Assembly: GCA_965207885.1 (NCBI GenBank)
Contig: OZ242311.1
Span: forward strand, 5,312,001-5,376,000
Direction of reading: 5' to 3'
Length of the DNA stretch: 64,000 nt
DNA from: Candidatus Latescibacterota bacterium
Lineage (GTDB): Bacteria; Latescibacterota; UBA2968
Below are positions 29,832 to 42,497 of this stretch, piece by piece. The notes under the pieces were generated by a model. The model made no database searches, was not told the origin of the DNA, and worked only from the letters and a program-made list of their open reading frames with translations. Made by a program: the position numbers and the translations under genes. The first letter of the stretch is position 1. The number at the start of each line of letters is the position of its first letter.

Positions 29832-30017
29832 ATGTCTAAAAACAAATCTCTCGAACAACGAGTCGCTACAATTTTAGAGACCTACGATCAGCAGGGCATT
29901 CACCGAACAGGAACAACAGGAGATACGAAAAACGCACACTATTTGGCCGAGCAAATAAAAGCCGCTGGCCCCTTGCAATCAATCTGCAAAAAATTGTACG
30001 CCTCACCCATGCGTTGA
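29832..30017 (+). pseudogene. truncated 5' gene remnant at the cluster border
   Basis: Strong GGAGG RBS and a protein-like N-terminus (YDQQGIHRTGT..D...A.YLA) that ends abruptly after about 60 codons. Confidence 0.4.
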
Positions 30018-30053
30018 CCAAACTGACAGTGCAACTGGCCGACTCAGATGATC

Positions 30054-31937
30054 TTATGTAGCAACGCGTTTTTGCACCAACACCAGAACGAGAAAAATCG
30101 CCGCTCCAACAGCATGACATACCAGCAAAGGCCAAAGCAACAGCACCGCTGCCGCCAGGAACAAGACGCGATATAATACACTCAGCGACACCATGTGAAA
30201 ACCCTCAGAAGCCGCCGCAAAAGACAGCAGCCCCAGAAGCGTAGCTATCACAGTCTCAATAACGTGCCAGGTCTCCCCCTCAAAAAGGATGGGCGTATAG
30301 CAAAAAAGCAGAGGAATAAAATAAATACCCTTGGCAATGCGCCACGACTCAAAACCCGTACGCAGCGGATTTGCCCCCGCAATACCCGCAGCGGAATACG
30401 CAGCCAGACAAACCGGCGGCGTGACATTGGCATCCTGTGAATACCAGAAAATCAGCAAATGCGCCGCAATCAGACTCACCCCCAGATTGGTCAGCGCAGG
30501 CGCAGCCAGAACTGCCAGCACGATATAAGATGCCGTCACCGGCAAGCCCATACCCAGAATCAGAGACGCAATGGCAATAAGCACAACAGTAATGAGCACA
30601 CTGCTTCCGGCAATCGCCGAAATCAGCAAAGAAAACTTGATCCCAACACCAACCATCAGCACCACACCCACAATAATACCCGCACACAGCAGAATAATAC
30701 CCGTGGTAATCATATTGTGAGCACCCAGCGCAAGTGCATCGACAATATCGCGGATATTCATGCGCGTATTCTTATTCAACCAGCTCGCAACAACAATACT
30801 CGCGGTTCCCGTTGCCGCGGCAAACGTGGGTGTAAAACCGTAGATCAGTGTACCCACCAGCACCATAATAGGAATCGCAAAATGCCAGCCTTCGCGGATC
30901 GTAGCGCGGATATCCGGAAGTTCCGAAGCAGGCAGGGGCGCAATCCCTCTTTTTCGCGCGCGAAAATGAATAAAAAAAGTAACACTCAAAAAATAGATCA
31001 GCGCGGGGATAAAAGACACAGCGACAATAGTCAGATAGGGGATTTGCGTCCACTGACTCATAATAAATGCGCCCGCACCCATAATCGGCGGCATGAGTTG
31101 ACCACCCGTAGATGCCGCCGCTTCGACCGCACCTGAAAACGTAGGCGAAAAACCCGTGCGCTTCATCATCGGAATAGTAAGCGAACCCGACCCCACCGTA
31201 TTCGCCACAGCACTCCCCGAAATTGAGCCGAGCATACCACTGGCAAAAACCGCCATCTTTGCCGGTCCACCCACTGTGCGCCCCAGCAGCGCAAGTGCCA
31301 GACGAATCATAAAATCGCCCGCACCCGAACGCAGGAGAAACGCGCCAAAAAGCACAAAAAGCGCGACAAAAGTAGATGAAATAGTCGCAATCGTCCCAAA
31401 AATCCCATCGGGCGCGAAATACATGCGATATAACAAGCGCGGAAATGACACACCGGGAAACGCCCATATACCCGAAAGATACCGCCCCCAAAAAAGCGCG
31501 TACGTGAGAAACACAAGCGCGAGCAGCGGAATAAAAAAACCAGTCGTACGACGGGTAATCTCGAGCAAAAGGAGAATCGCAATACCCGCAAAAATGAGAT
31601 CAGCCGTATTTGGCACCTCGTTGCGGGCGTGTAGCGCATCCTCAAAAAACACGAGATAAAGGGCGACAACCAGAGAGAGAATGGCGAAAATATAATCGAG
31701 AATCAGCGTGCGCAAGGCATAGCGCGAAGAGACGGGATAAAGCAGATATCCCAAAAAAAGAATGAAGGCATAATGGGTGGCATTGCGCTGCAATTCGGGC
31801 AAAACGCCCAGCGTATTGCTCCACAGGTGAAACAGAGACAGGCAGACCCCCACAACAACCACGAGCACCTGATGCCTGCCAGTAAGCACGCGATGCGGTG
31901 TACTCACTTCGCCGCCCTGTTCAAATTCGGAATTCAA
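30054..31937 (-). CDS. TRAP transporter 4TM/12TM fused permease (TAXI-type)
   Basis: GGPAK.AV, ISGSAVAN, AASTGGQLMPPIMGAGAF, GMGLPVTASY. Confidence 0.93.
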   Translation of the reverse strand: MNSEFEQGGEVSTPHRVLTGRHQVLVVVVGVCLSLFHLWSNTLGVLPELQRNATHYAFILFLGYLLYPVSSRYALRTLILDYIFAILSLVVALYLVFFEDALHARNEVPNTADLIFAGIAILLLLEITRRTTGFFIPLLALVFLTYALFWGRYLSGIWAFPGVSFPRLLYRMYFAPDGIFGTIATISSTFVALFVLFGAFLLRSGAGDFMIRLALALLGRTVGGPAKMAVFASGMLGSISGSAVANTVGSGSLTIPMMKRTGFSPTFSGAVEAAASTGGQLMPPIMGAGAFIMSQWTQIPYLTIVAVSFIPALIYFLSVTFFIHFRARKRGIAPLPASELPDIRATIREGWHFAIPIMVLVGTLIYGFTPTFAAATGTASIVVASWLNKNTRMNIRDIVDALALGAHNMITTGIILLCAGIIVGVVLMVGVGIKFSLLISAIAGSSVLITVVLIAIASLILGMGLPVTASYIVLAVLAAPALTNLGVSLIAAHLLIFWYSQDANVTPPVCLAAYSAAGIAGANPLRTGFESWRIAKGIYFIPLLFCYTPILFEGETWHVIETVIATLLGLLSFAAASEGFHMVSLSVLYRVLFLAAAVLLLWPLLVCHAVGAAIFLVLVLVQKRVAT

Positions 31938-31939
31938 AC

Positions 31940-32950
31940 CTATTCCCCTATCAGAGACGGCGGAATATCGATACCCTTCTCGCTATAATAGCGCGCGGCA
32001 CCCGCATGCAGGGGAACAGCCAGACCCATCGTGGCTTTCTCGAGAGACATTGCGAGGGTGGCCTTGTGGATATTTTGAATCTCCTCTAAATTCTCATAAA
32101 TAGTTTTTGTAATCTCATAGACCACATCCTCGGGCAAATCTGCTCTACACGCCAAAAAATTGGGTTGTGCAATCGTCTCAATCGCTTCGGACTGCCCGGG
32201 ATACGTATTGGCCGGAATAATATAGCGCGTCCACATGGGAAACACATTTTGGATCGCCGCGAGATGATCATCGCTAAAAGCAAGCACAGAAACCCCGTCC
32301 GCACCGAGCTGAGCAAAAGCCTGCGTCACAGCAGCCACGGGCGGACCAGCCGAAAGAGTAGCCCCTGCAATACGGCCGTCAATCATAGCCTGAGCAGACG
32401 GACTATAACCCAAATACTCAGACGTAAAATCCTCATCCGGAGAAATATTAAGCGCTGCGAGAATAGTTCGCGTCGCGCCTTCTGTACCACTGCCGCGTTT
32501 GCCAATAACATATTTTCGGCCGAGTTTTCTCAAGTCCTCAACAGTACCTGTTTTGGCATCGGACGCCCGAAGTATAAAATGCTCGACATTCTCCCATAGC
32601 AGGGTAATAGACCGGAGATCCCTAACCGCTTGCCCCTGATAAGTCCTCTCTCCGCGATAAGCCATCGCGCCGTACAAACCCAGCAAAATCGCCAGATGTG
32701 CCTCTCGATTGACCAGCATCTGAATATTCTCGGCCGACCCTGCAGAATTGATAGCTGCGACCACAATCTTGGGCTGTAGCTTCTGTGTAATCGTCGTACT
32801 CAGCGCCACACCCACCGGATAATACGTACCGCCGGGCGTGGCCGTTGCAACAATCAAATTCTGCGTCTGCATACCCTCCTGCGGTGCCCCACAGGAGATA
32901 CAAAACAACAAAACAAGAACGAAATAGATACGCGACATGAAAGACCTCAT
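31940..32950 (-). CDS. TAXI family TRAP solute-binding subunit
   Basis: ATATPGGTYYPVG, SAGSAENI, PLHAGAARYY. Lipobox-like ISC. Confidence 0.92.
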   Translation of the reverse strand: MRSFMSRIYFVLVLLFCISCGAPQEGMQTQNLIVATATPGGTYYPVGVALSTTITQKLQPKIVVAAINSAGSAENIQMLVNREAHLAILLGLYGAMAYRGERTYQGQAVRDLRSITLLWENVEHFILRASDAKTGTVEDLRKLGRKYVIGKRGSGTEGATRTILAALNISPDEDFTSEYLGYSPSAQAMIDGRIAGATLSAGPPVAAVTQAFAQLGADGVSVLAFSDDHLAAIQNVFPMWTRYIIPANTYPGQSEAIETIAQPNFLACRADLPEDVVYEITKTIYENLEEIQNIHKATLAMSLEKATMGLAVPLHAGAARYYSEKGIDIPPSLIGE

Positions 32951-33077
32951 ACTAAAAAAGTGAACAGATATTTATCCGCATAATTATACCCGCCCGTCTA
33001 TATGCGTCAAGGGAAAACACCTTTGCACCTTGACAACCCCTGTTGCGATTTCTATACTTCTCCTGAGGAGTAGCTCT

Positions 33078-34061
33078 ATGGATAACACGCGCACAATTCT
33101 CTTTTGCACACTCGCATCCGTCATGCTTTTGTCTGGCTGTGCACAGTATCGGGCGTATCGCCATTTAGACCGCGCTATTGCTATCGAGGCCAATGGCGAT
33201 CGCGAAACAGCGCTGGCGATATTTCAGGCTGCTGTGGATATTTGTCCTGAAGACGCGGTTTTGCGGCGGTGGTTGGGCAGGGCATATCTGAGGCGCAGCC
33301 AATACGACGCAGCGCGCGTCGAATTTGAAACTGCGCTCGGATTAGCGCCCAATTATATGATCTTGTACCGTGACCTCGCAATCATCAATGAAGCACTTGA
33401 GAGGCCAGACGCCGCTATCGCGTGGCTGGAAAAAGCCATATCACAAGTACCCGAGCATCGGGAATCTTACCGCGACCTCGTCAGCCTCTATCTGGCTCAC
33501 GACCAGTTGAGCGAAGCCCAATCCCTATTGGAAACAGTTATCGAACAGTGGCCAAAAACGATATGGGCACATTTTCAACTGGGCGGTCTTTACATGGTAT
33601 TAAAATGGCCCGAGCGAGCCGAAGAAGCTTATGTACAGGTACTGGATATTGAACCCAAAAACGACAATGAAGCAGAAATACAGGCACGCGCGCACGGCGA
33701 GTTGGGCAATGTCTATTACGAACGCAAAAACTATGAGCGAGCCGAAGAATTCTACAAAAAGGCACTGGAGCTCAACCCCCTCGACGACAGCAGCCTGAAC
33801 AATCTCGCCTGGATATACGCCATTCAGGGGATACACCTGCGCGAAGGCATTCGCCTATCGCGGCGGTCTTTGCGCCTGCGCCCACACACGCCTTCCTACC
33901 TGGACACACTGGCCGAATTGCATTACCAGATGGGCAATACCGAGCGCGCCATTTTCATCATCCGCCAGGCCATTGCATTGAATCCAGATAATCCAGAAGT
34001 GCGCGCCCATCTCCATCGACAACTCGCCAAATTTATTTCCGGCGGACGGGGAAAGGTATAA
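33078..34061 (+). CDS. TPR-repeat lipoprotein
   Basis: GAGGAG RBS before ATG 33078, LLSGC lipobox, multiple TPR repeats, LNNLAW..A / YLDTLA. Confidence 0.85.
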   Translation: MDNTRTILFCTLASVMLLSGCAQYRAYRHLDRAIAIEANGDRETALAIFQAAVDICPEDAVLRRWLGRAYLRRSQYDAARVEFETALGLAPNYMILYRDLAIINEALERPDAAIAWLEKAISQVPEHRESYRDLVSLYLAHDQLSEAQSLLETVIEQWPKTIWAHFQLGGLYMVLKWPERAEEAYVQVLDIEPKNDNEAEIQARAHGELGNVYYERKNYERAEEFYKKALELNPLDDSSLNNLAWIYAIQGIHLREGIRLSRRSLRLRPHTPSYLDTLAELHYQMGNTERAIFIIRQAIALNPDNPEVRAHLHRQLAKFISGGRGKV

Positions 34062-34117
34062 TGAATTAAAAATTGGGAAGCAAGGCGGATTAACCACTAA
34101 CCACTGACTACTGACTT

Positions 34118-35958
<1,841 letters not shown>

Positions 35959-35969
35959 AGGCACAAAAA

Positions 35970-36695
35970 GTGAGTGATTTACTACAAATCGCATCGCCAA
36001 TTTTACCCGAAGAGACCCGCGCGCGCCTAAACGCAGTGTACGCACAGGTCCCCGCTGTATCGTGCGCAGGTTGCGATGCACCGGGAAGCTGTTGCGAACT
36101 GACAGATGCCGAATACAACGACGATTTTGCAACCATGTATCCGCTCTACGCCGTCGAATACATCAACATCATAGATTATGTGCGCTCGCACTTTGATCCC
36201 AAAAAACAGCGAGAACTGCTGAACACAGTTGAAGAACGCCCGCGCCGTTGTCCGTTCTTAACACCCGAAGGCGGCTGCTCAATCCATCCGGCGCGTCCCT
36301 TAACCTGTCGCACCTACGGTATTTTGAACCAGGTATCGCAGGTCAACGCCACCGCTGAATCCGCACGCGACCAGGTACCCTATCAATGGATATCATCCTT
36401 CTTATCCACAGAGCGATACACAGTATGCCCAAAAACCAGATTACAAGAAACCGACAAAGTCGATGCACACATGAAAGCGATGGTATCTCTGGAATACGAG
36501 CGCGAATTGATCTATCTGTCGGACACACTGAACTGGTTGGACGCGGACCGCCGAGAACTATTCCAACAAATAACAAAAAAAACCCACCCCACGCGGTGGA
36601 CGTGGGGTGGATTTAACGCACTCGCCCAAAAACCATTAAAATGGGTAAAACATCATTTTGCAAATTTTTGGAAAGCATCTTTTCTAGGTGAATAA
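35970..36695 (+). CDS. YkgJ family cysteine-cluster protein
   Basis: CAGC....CC, CPFL, CSIHPARPLTCRTY. Confidence 0.82.
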   Translation: MSDLLQIASPILPEETRARLNAVYAQVPAVSCAGCDAPGSCCELTDAEYNDDFATMYPLYAVEYINIIDYVRSHFDPKKQRELLNTVEERPRRCPFLTPEGGCSIHPARPLTCRTYGILNQVSQVNATAESARDQVPYQWISSFLSTERYTVCPKTRLQETDKVDAHMKAMVSLEYERELIYLSDTLNWLDADRRELFQQITKKTHPTRWTWGGFNALAQKPLKWVKHHFANFWKASFLGE

Positions 36696-36729
36696 TCCGT
36701 CATTTAATGAATTTTATCATATATTCTAT

Positions 36730-37011
36730 ATGATCAGAACGTTTAAATGCCGAAATACCGAACAAATTTTCAATCGCCAGCGATCGCGCAAATTTCCTCA
36801 GGACATTCAGCAAGTAGCATTGAGAAAATTGCGAATGCTCAACCGTTCAACATCTTTGCAGGATCTACGCGTTCCACCTGCGAACCGATTAGAAAAATTG
36901 CGAGGAAATCGCGCTGGACAATACAGTATTCGTATCAATGACCAGTGGAGAATATGTTTTATCTGGCGAGATGGCGATAGTTTTAGCGTTGAAATTGTCG
37001 ATTATCATTGA
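36730..37011 (+). CDS. higB: HigB-type (RelE/ParE superfamily) toxin
   Basis: MIRTF, DLRVPPANRLEKLRG.RAGQYSIRINDQWRICF.W, VEIVDYH. Confidence 0.93.
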   Translation: MIRTFKCRNTEQIFNRQRSRKFPQDIQQVALRKLRMLNRSTSLQDLRVPPANRLEKLRGNRAGQYSIRINDQWRICFIWRDGDSFSVEIVDYH

Positions 37012-37020
37012 GGGAATACG

Positions 37021-37317
37021 ATGAACAAAAAATTAAATCCGATTCATCCCGGAGAAGTTCTGTTAGAGGAATTTCTCAAGCCTATGAATATGAGCCAGAA
37101 TCGTCTGGCCCTTGGTATAGGCGTTCCACCGTATCAAATTAACGAGATTGTATCGGGAAAGCAGGGTATCACAGCCGACATCGCTTTGCGCCTGGCGAAA
37201 TATTTCAACATGTCTCCACAATTTTGGATGGGTTTGCAGATAGACTATGAACTCGACATGGCTGAAGATCTATTGGGGGATCGTTTAGACCGTGAAGTGC
37301 AAGTTTACATGAGTTGA
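37021..37317 (+). CDS. higA: HigA family antitoxin
   Basis: IHPGEVLLEEFL, HTH, ALRLAKYF..SPQFWMGLQ. Confidence 0.93.
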   Translation: MNKKLNPIHPGEVLLEEFLKPMNMSQNRLALGIGVPPYQINEIVSGKQGITADIALRLAKYFNMSPQFWMGLQIDYELDMAEDLLGDRLDREVQVYMS

Positions 37318-37350
37318 CCTCGCCTGCTCCTAATTCTTAATTCCTAATTC

Positions 37351-38316
37351 CTAATACCCCTTCTCCTTATCCACTACATTCTGCAGCGCCTCACCCCTCA
37401 CATACCTGTGCAAATTATCCACAAACCGCACCATAGCACGCCTCCGAATATGTTGTGAAGACCCCGCGCTATGCGATGTCAAAATCACATTGGGTTCGGT
37501 CCACAGCGGACTATCTTCTGGACAGGGTTCCGTATAAGTCACATCCAGCCCAATACCCGCCAGTTTGCCCGACCGCAACGCCGCGACCATAGCCTCCTCA
37601 TCCACCACCTTTCCCCGACTCACATTGACGAGCAAACTACCCGCCATCAACCGATCAAACATCTCACCCGACAGCATCTTATGCGTTTCAGCCGTACTGG
37701 GGCAACATACCATAACCACGTTGGACTGCGACATAAGTTCGGGCAAATAATCCATCTTCTCCAACCGATCCACGGAATCGGGACACGCCATATCCTCCGG
37801 ATCGACCGCAATAACCCGAAACTCAAACGCCTTTGCGCGGTCTGCAATCGCCCGTCCAATGCCGCCCAAACCAATAATACCCATCGTCATACCCGCCAGT
37901 TCCAAACACGGCACACGCTCCCAGTGCTTGGTCTTCATAAACTCCAACTGCGTATGAATCTGTCGCGTCAACGCCAGCAATAGCGCAAACCCATGCTCTG
38001 CAATCTGGGGACCGAACAACCCCCCCGCATTGGTCAAAACCATATCGCTATTCTTAAATTTTTCATACAACTGCCCTTCGGCTCCCGCATGGGGCTGCTG
38101 AACCCACTTCAACGCATCTGCGTAATCAAAATCGGATTCCGGAAGCCGGCCAAAAAGCACTTCCACGCCCGACAAATAATCAGCCTGCTTTTCCCCCTCC
38201 GGCAAAAAAATCACCTCAACCTCAGAAGGCGCACCTTCTAACAACGCCTCAACATCCTCTGAATACCGACTGCCAATCAACGTGCGAACCATGCTCATAT
38301 CTCCTTTTGGTCTCAT
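37351..38316 (-). CDS. D-2-hydroxyacid dehydrogenase family protein
   Basis: GIIGLGGIG, VNVSRG, GLDV..EP, SHSAG. Confidence 0.92.
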   Translation of the reverse strand: MRPKGDMSMVRTLIGSRYSEDVEALLEGAPSEVEVIFLPEGEKQADYLSGVEVLFGRLPESDFDYADALKWVQQPHAGAEGQLYEKFKNSDMVLTNAGGLFGPQIAEHGFALLLALTRQIHTQLEFMKTKHWERVPCLELAGMTMGIIGLGGIGRAIADRAKAFEFRVIAVDPEDMACPDSVDRLEKMDYLPELMSQSNVVMVCCPSTAETHKMLSGEMFDRLMAGSLLVNVSRGKVVDEEAMVAALRSGKLAGIGLDVTYTEPCPEDSPLWTEPNVILTSHSAGSSQHIRRRAMVRFVDNLHRYVRGEALQNVVDKEKGY

Positions 38317-38409
38317 GAATAACTAAATCAGCCTCTGGTCTTTCTCATGGTACAAAAAGAAAACGCCACCGCAAAGTATTTCCGATGGCGTTCTGGATAA
38401 TATTCATTA

Positions 38410-40098
38410 TCAAAGATACCGTTTGATGAGATCGGCAATATCCCCATACCCTTTTTTCTCTGCCCAGGCGAGAGGTGTTGCCCAATTAGCACCCGCCAGT
38501 GTGGGATCGGCACCGCGCTCGAGATAGAGACGCGCGAGATCGTATTTGCCCCATCGCGCAGCCCAGCCAAGCGGTGAAGATTGCAAAAGCTCATCGACCA
38601 CATCGAGATCGGCACCATAATCGAGGAGAATGGTGGCAAAGGCGACGCGCTCAGCTTCGGTCATAATCACCTCTCCCCACACAACACCGCATGCCGCCAT
38701 GTGATGCGCAAGGCGATACCCGAAACGCCCGACCAGATTGGGGCTGACGCCGTGATCGAGAATCAAGCGAAAAATCTCGGGATAGACCGCGCGATCAAAA
38801 TCTCGGAATTTGCGATGAGGGTGAGTCCGCCACAGGCGCACAGGTTGCTCAAGCAAGCCAAACCAGCGACCGTCATTTGCATCCCACTCGAGTTGACGCA
38901 GACACATCCCCACAATATTGGGATCGCCCCCACAGCCCGCAGCCCACAAAAGCCTCTCCGCAAGAGAAGAATCATTGTGAAGCGCAACCGCAGCGGCAGA
39001 AGTCTCACCTTCAAGACCAGCAGTAATATGATCCAAAACCCCGCCGTATCTAAACAGCAAACCCTTCATTTTATCGTCGCGATTATTATACGCAGCCGCT
39101 ATGGGATTGCCACTCGCGTAAATACTCGCATTGGGATCGGCACCGCGCTCGAGCAGAAGTTCGGCAATCTCATACTGCGAATGACCTGCCGCATGAGCCA
39201 GCGGTTGGCCCCACGAATAGGGTTTGGTCTCATAGTGATGCAGTTGGTATCTGTCGTCGGGATCGAGCCCCAGATCCAGCAGCATACGCACCATATCGAG
39301 ATTGTCATTTTGTACAGCGATCTGTAAAAGACCGTCTCGCTCGCTGTCATTGGACTGAAAGCGTTCGGGATGTTGTCTCTTATACTCTTGAACAAAACCA
39401 AGATCCCCAAGCGCGACAGCAGACTCAAGCGATTGTTCGCATCCGGCCTGAAGCAGAATACCCGCACAAATCAAACACCCCTCATTGAGCGGCCTGTTGC
39501 GACCGCGAATATTGTGAACAGCACCGTCGAGAGGCGATTGGCCCTCGGGCGTGAGATGGGTGATATCCGCACCGCGCTTGAGCAGATATTGAACAAGCTC
39601 ATAATTTCCAAGAGATGCACCAGTGTGAATCACACTACCGCCATTGCGATGGCAGGCGTCGATCAAATCGGGATTCTTATAGAGAATTTCCACAGTCTCC
39701 ATCATCCGCCCCTCGCGAATAGCCTCAAAAAGCGCGTCATTCTCCTCCGTAATCGCAATATTCTTACAGGCCGCGAATTTGCGTTTCTCGTCTTCCTCTC
39801 GCAAAATCTGAACAATATCATCCAGACCGCGTTCATCTGCTATAGTAAGCGCGTCCGTAGCATCGCGATGGGGATAAATACCCGACGTGTGATCTGCACC
39901 CGCCTCCATGAGAACGCGCACCGCATCCGCGTGCTGATTCATAACCGCGTAATGAATGGCGAGATGCTCATTGTTTTCGGCCATATGCACATTGACCAGA
40001 TCGGGTTGCACATCGAGAATCTGACGAATTTTGGCGACATCGCCCTCACTTGCGGCTTCGCATAAGTCGGCGACCTGATAAGTTCCATTTATATCCAT
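38410..40098 (-). CDS. ankyrin repeat protein
   Basis: Multiple LL..GAD.N / SPL..A ankyrin repeats. Confidence 0.88.
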   Translation of the reverse strand: MDINGTYQVADLCEAASEGDVAKIRQILDVQPDLVNVHMAENNEHLAIHYAVMNQHADAVRVLMEAGADHTSGIYPHRDATDALTIADERGLDDIVQILREEDEKRKFAACKNIAITEENDALFEAIREGRMMETVEILYKNPDLIDACHRNGGSVIHTGASLGNYELVQYLLKRGADITHLTPEGQSPLDGAVHNIRGRNRPLNEGCLICAGILLQAGCEQSLESAVALGDLGFVQEYKRQHPERFQSNDSERDGLLQIAVQNDNLDMVRMLLDLGLDPDDRYQLHHYETKPYSWGQPLAHAAGHSQYEIAELLLERGADPNASIYASGNPIAAAYNNRDDKMKGLLFRYGGVLDHITAGLEGETSAAAVALHNDSSLAERLLWAAGCGGDPNIVGMCLRQLEWDANDGRWFGLLEQPVRLWRTHPHRKFRDFDRAVYPEIFRLILDHGVSPNLVGRFGYRLAHHMAACGVVWGEVIMTEAERVAFATILLDYGADLDVVDELLQSSPLGWAARWGKYDLARLYLERGADPTLAGANWATPLAWAEKKGYGDIADLIKRYL

Positions 40099-40112
40099 GT
40101 TGACCCCTTTCT

Positions 40113-42491
40113 CTATTTACTCTCGGCGCAATACCTCTGCGGGATTTGCACTGGCGGCTTTATAGACTTGATATCCAACCACGAGGATTGTTGCAACAAC
40201 AACACCCAGAGCACTAACCACAAAAGGAAAAAACCCAGATCTACACGATAGGCAAAATTCTGCAACCAATTCCGCATCAAAAAATATCCAACCGGACACG
40301 CAATCGTGCTGGCGAACACAGCGAGCCTGGCAAAGTCCTGACTAATCAAAACGACGAGATGAGATGCCGAAGCCCCCAGCACCTTGCGAATACCAATTTC
40401 GCGGGTGCGCTGTTCAGCGGCAAAAGCCGCCAAACCCGCCAGACCCAGACAGGCCAGTACAATGGCGACAATTGCAGACCGCGTAAAAATATGCCCCTGG
40501 CGTTGTTCTCGTCGGTATTTGGAATCGATATAATCGTCAATAAAAAAGTATTCAAAAGGCCGCGTCGGGATAAAATGCGTCCAGGTCTCTTCAACAAAAG
40601 CCATCGTCTCCCGAATACGGTCGGATTTAATCTTGAGATGCAAGTACTTCAAATCCGCACCCGCCGCAGACAAAACCACAGGACCCAAAGGTTCTCTCAG
40701 AGAACGCACGTGAAAATCTCCCATCACGCCAATAACCTGCGCGGGTCTCTCCCCAATCATCAGCGTATGCCCCAGGGGATTCGACCAACCGAATCGCTTT
40801 GCAGCAGTCTCATTTATCACCACCTGCATCGCGCTCGAATTCTCTGTCACCTGCTCCGCATAAGCCTGCGAAAAACTTCGACCCGCGAGTATTGAAATAT
40901 TGTAACACGTGAGAAAATCTTCATTCGCCCGAAAAACGCGCACATCAACTTCTCTGTCAGGCATTTCAACATCCGACACAAAACGTCGGCTCGGCCAACT
41001 GTGTCCGGGCAGATCCAAACTCGTACCCGCTGCGACAATATTGGGATGCTGGAGAAATCGCTGTTTGACCGCGTTATATTGACCATTTAAGCGAATTTGA
41101 TCCGCATCGGGACCAAAAATTTTCACCACAACAATCTCATCGCGATCAAAACCCAAATATTTACTCTGCACCAGATCCATTTGCTGATAGACCACGAGCG
41201 TAGATGCAATGAGAATAGCAGACACGGCAAATTGCACCACCACGAGACCTTTCCGTAGCCAGAGATCTCCTGGAAGCCTGTTGCGCAGCCCCTTCAGCGC
41301 ATCGACGGGCTGCTGCGCCGAAAGATAAAAAGCGGGATAACTTCCCGAAATCAGAGATGTAACCAGCGCAATACACACAATCCACCAAACATGATCAAAA
41401 ATATTAAAGACAAGCGGTTGCCCCATCAGACCTGAAAATTGGGGCAGCAGCAACACCGTCAATCCAAAAGATACGGGCAGAGCAACCCCGGTAAACAACA
41501 CAGACTCGCACAAAAACTGCCCCATAATATGCTGCCTGCGCGCCCCCACAACCTTGCGCAGACCAATTTCGCGGGCGCGTATAGCTGATCGCGCAGTAGC
41601 CAGATTCATAAAATTGATACAGGCGATGAGCAAAATACCCACGCCCAGAACAGACAGGGGATAGAGATCGCGGACATCCCGATACGGCATCCCCGAATCA
41701 CCTGTAAAACCCTCCAGATCAATCCTGGAATACAGATGGACGCGCGGCAAAGCCTGGAGATGGTAAGTCGCCTCTTGAGACTCAGACGGAAAGCGAGCGA
41801 CAAGCGCATGCTCAAGAGCCTCAACATCTGCATCGGGACGCAAACGCACGTAAATCGGCGCAGTGCGTATAGCCCAGTTATCAGACGCAAAAAACGTCAC
41901 ACTATCAAACTCCAGGCGCGTATTGGTGGGGCGATCTTTCATCACAGCAACAACCGTAAATACCTGCTGATAGGTCTCGCGCTGCACCTCAACGGTGCGA
42001 CCAATGGGGTCTTTATGACCATAGAGCTTATTGGCGACACTCTGCGTTAAAACAATAGATGCATCTCGGCGTTTGAGCGCGGTCGCATCCCCCCGAATAA
42101 TATCCAGACCAAAGAAATCCACAACATCTCCATCAACCGGACACAGGCGCTGTTGAAATAACCGGTCCTCCGCGCGAAACCAGGACGTGATACGGCGAAA
42201 CTGAACAACAGCCTCGACCTCGGGATATTCATCGCGCAAATGCACGGCAATCTCTGAGGGAAGTGCGCCGCGCCATTCGACTTGCCCCCGCGCATCTATA
42301 TCCCTCTTCATAATCCGATAGACGCGATCGGCCTGGGGGCGAAAGGCGTCATAGCTCATCTCGTAGCGAATAGAAAGCATAATGAGCACAGCACACGTCA
42401 ATCCAATAGCCAGACTGCTCAGACTGATAATCGCATAGAACTTGTGACGCATCGCGTTGCGAATCGCAACTGTCAGAAAATTGTAGAACAT
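40113..42491 (-). CDS. ABC transporter permease (MacB/FtsX-like), with a 1-nt frameshift near the C-terminus (true stop probably at 40117)
   Basis: INF.NL.TARS..RAREIGLRKVVGA, VQFAVS, QRTREIGIRKVLGA. The canonical end AASANPAEVLRRE lies in another frame after a T-run at about 40230. Confidence 0.88.
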   Translation of the reverse strand: MFYNFLTVAIRNAMRHKFYAIISLSSLAIGLTCAVLIMLSIRYEMSYDAFRPQADRVYRIMKRDIDARGQVEWRGALPSEIAVHLRDEYPEVEAVVQFRRITSWFRAEDRLFQQRLCPVDGDVVDFFGLDIIRGDATALKRRDASIVLTQSVANKLYGHKDPIGRTVEVQRETYQQVFTVVAVMKDRPTNTRLEFDSVTFFASDNWAIRTAPIYVRLRPDADVEALEHALVARFPSESQEATYHLQALPRVHLYSRIDLEGFTGDSGMPYRDVRDLYPLSVLGVGILLIACINFMNLATARSAIRAREIGLRKVVGARRQHIMGQFLCESVLFTGVALPVSFGLTVLLLPQFSGLMGQPLVFNIFDHVWWIVCIALVTSLISGSYPAFYLSAQQPVDALKGLRNRLPGDLWLRKGLVVVQFAVSAILIASTLVVYQQMDLVQSKYLGFDRDEIVVVKIFGPDADQIRLNGQYNAVKQRFLQHPNIVAAGTSLDLPGHSWPSRRFVSDVEMPDREVDVRVFRANEDFLTCYNISILAGRSFSQAYAEQVTENSSAMQVVINETAAKRFGWSNPLGHTLMIGERPAQVIGVMGDFHVRSLREPLGPVVLSAAGADLKYLHLKIKSDRIRETMAFVEETWTHFIPTRPFEYFFIDDYIDSKYRREQRQGHIFTRSAIVAIVLACLGLAGLAAFAAEQRTREIGIRKVLGASASHLVVLISQDFARLAVFASTIACPVGYFLMRNWLQNFAYRVDLGFFLLWLVLWVLLLQQSSWLDIKSIKPPVQIPQRYCAESK

Positions 42492-42497
42492 GGAAAC

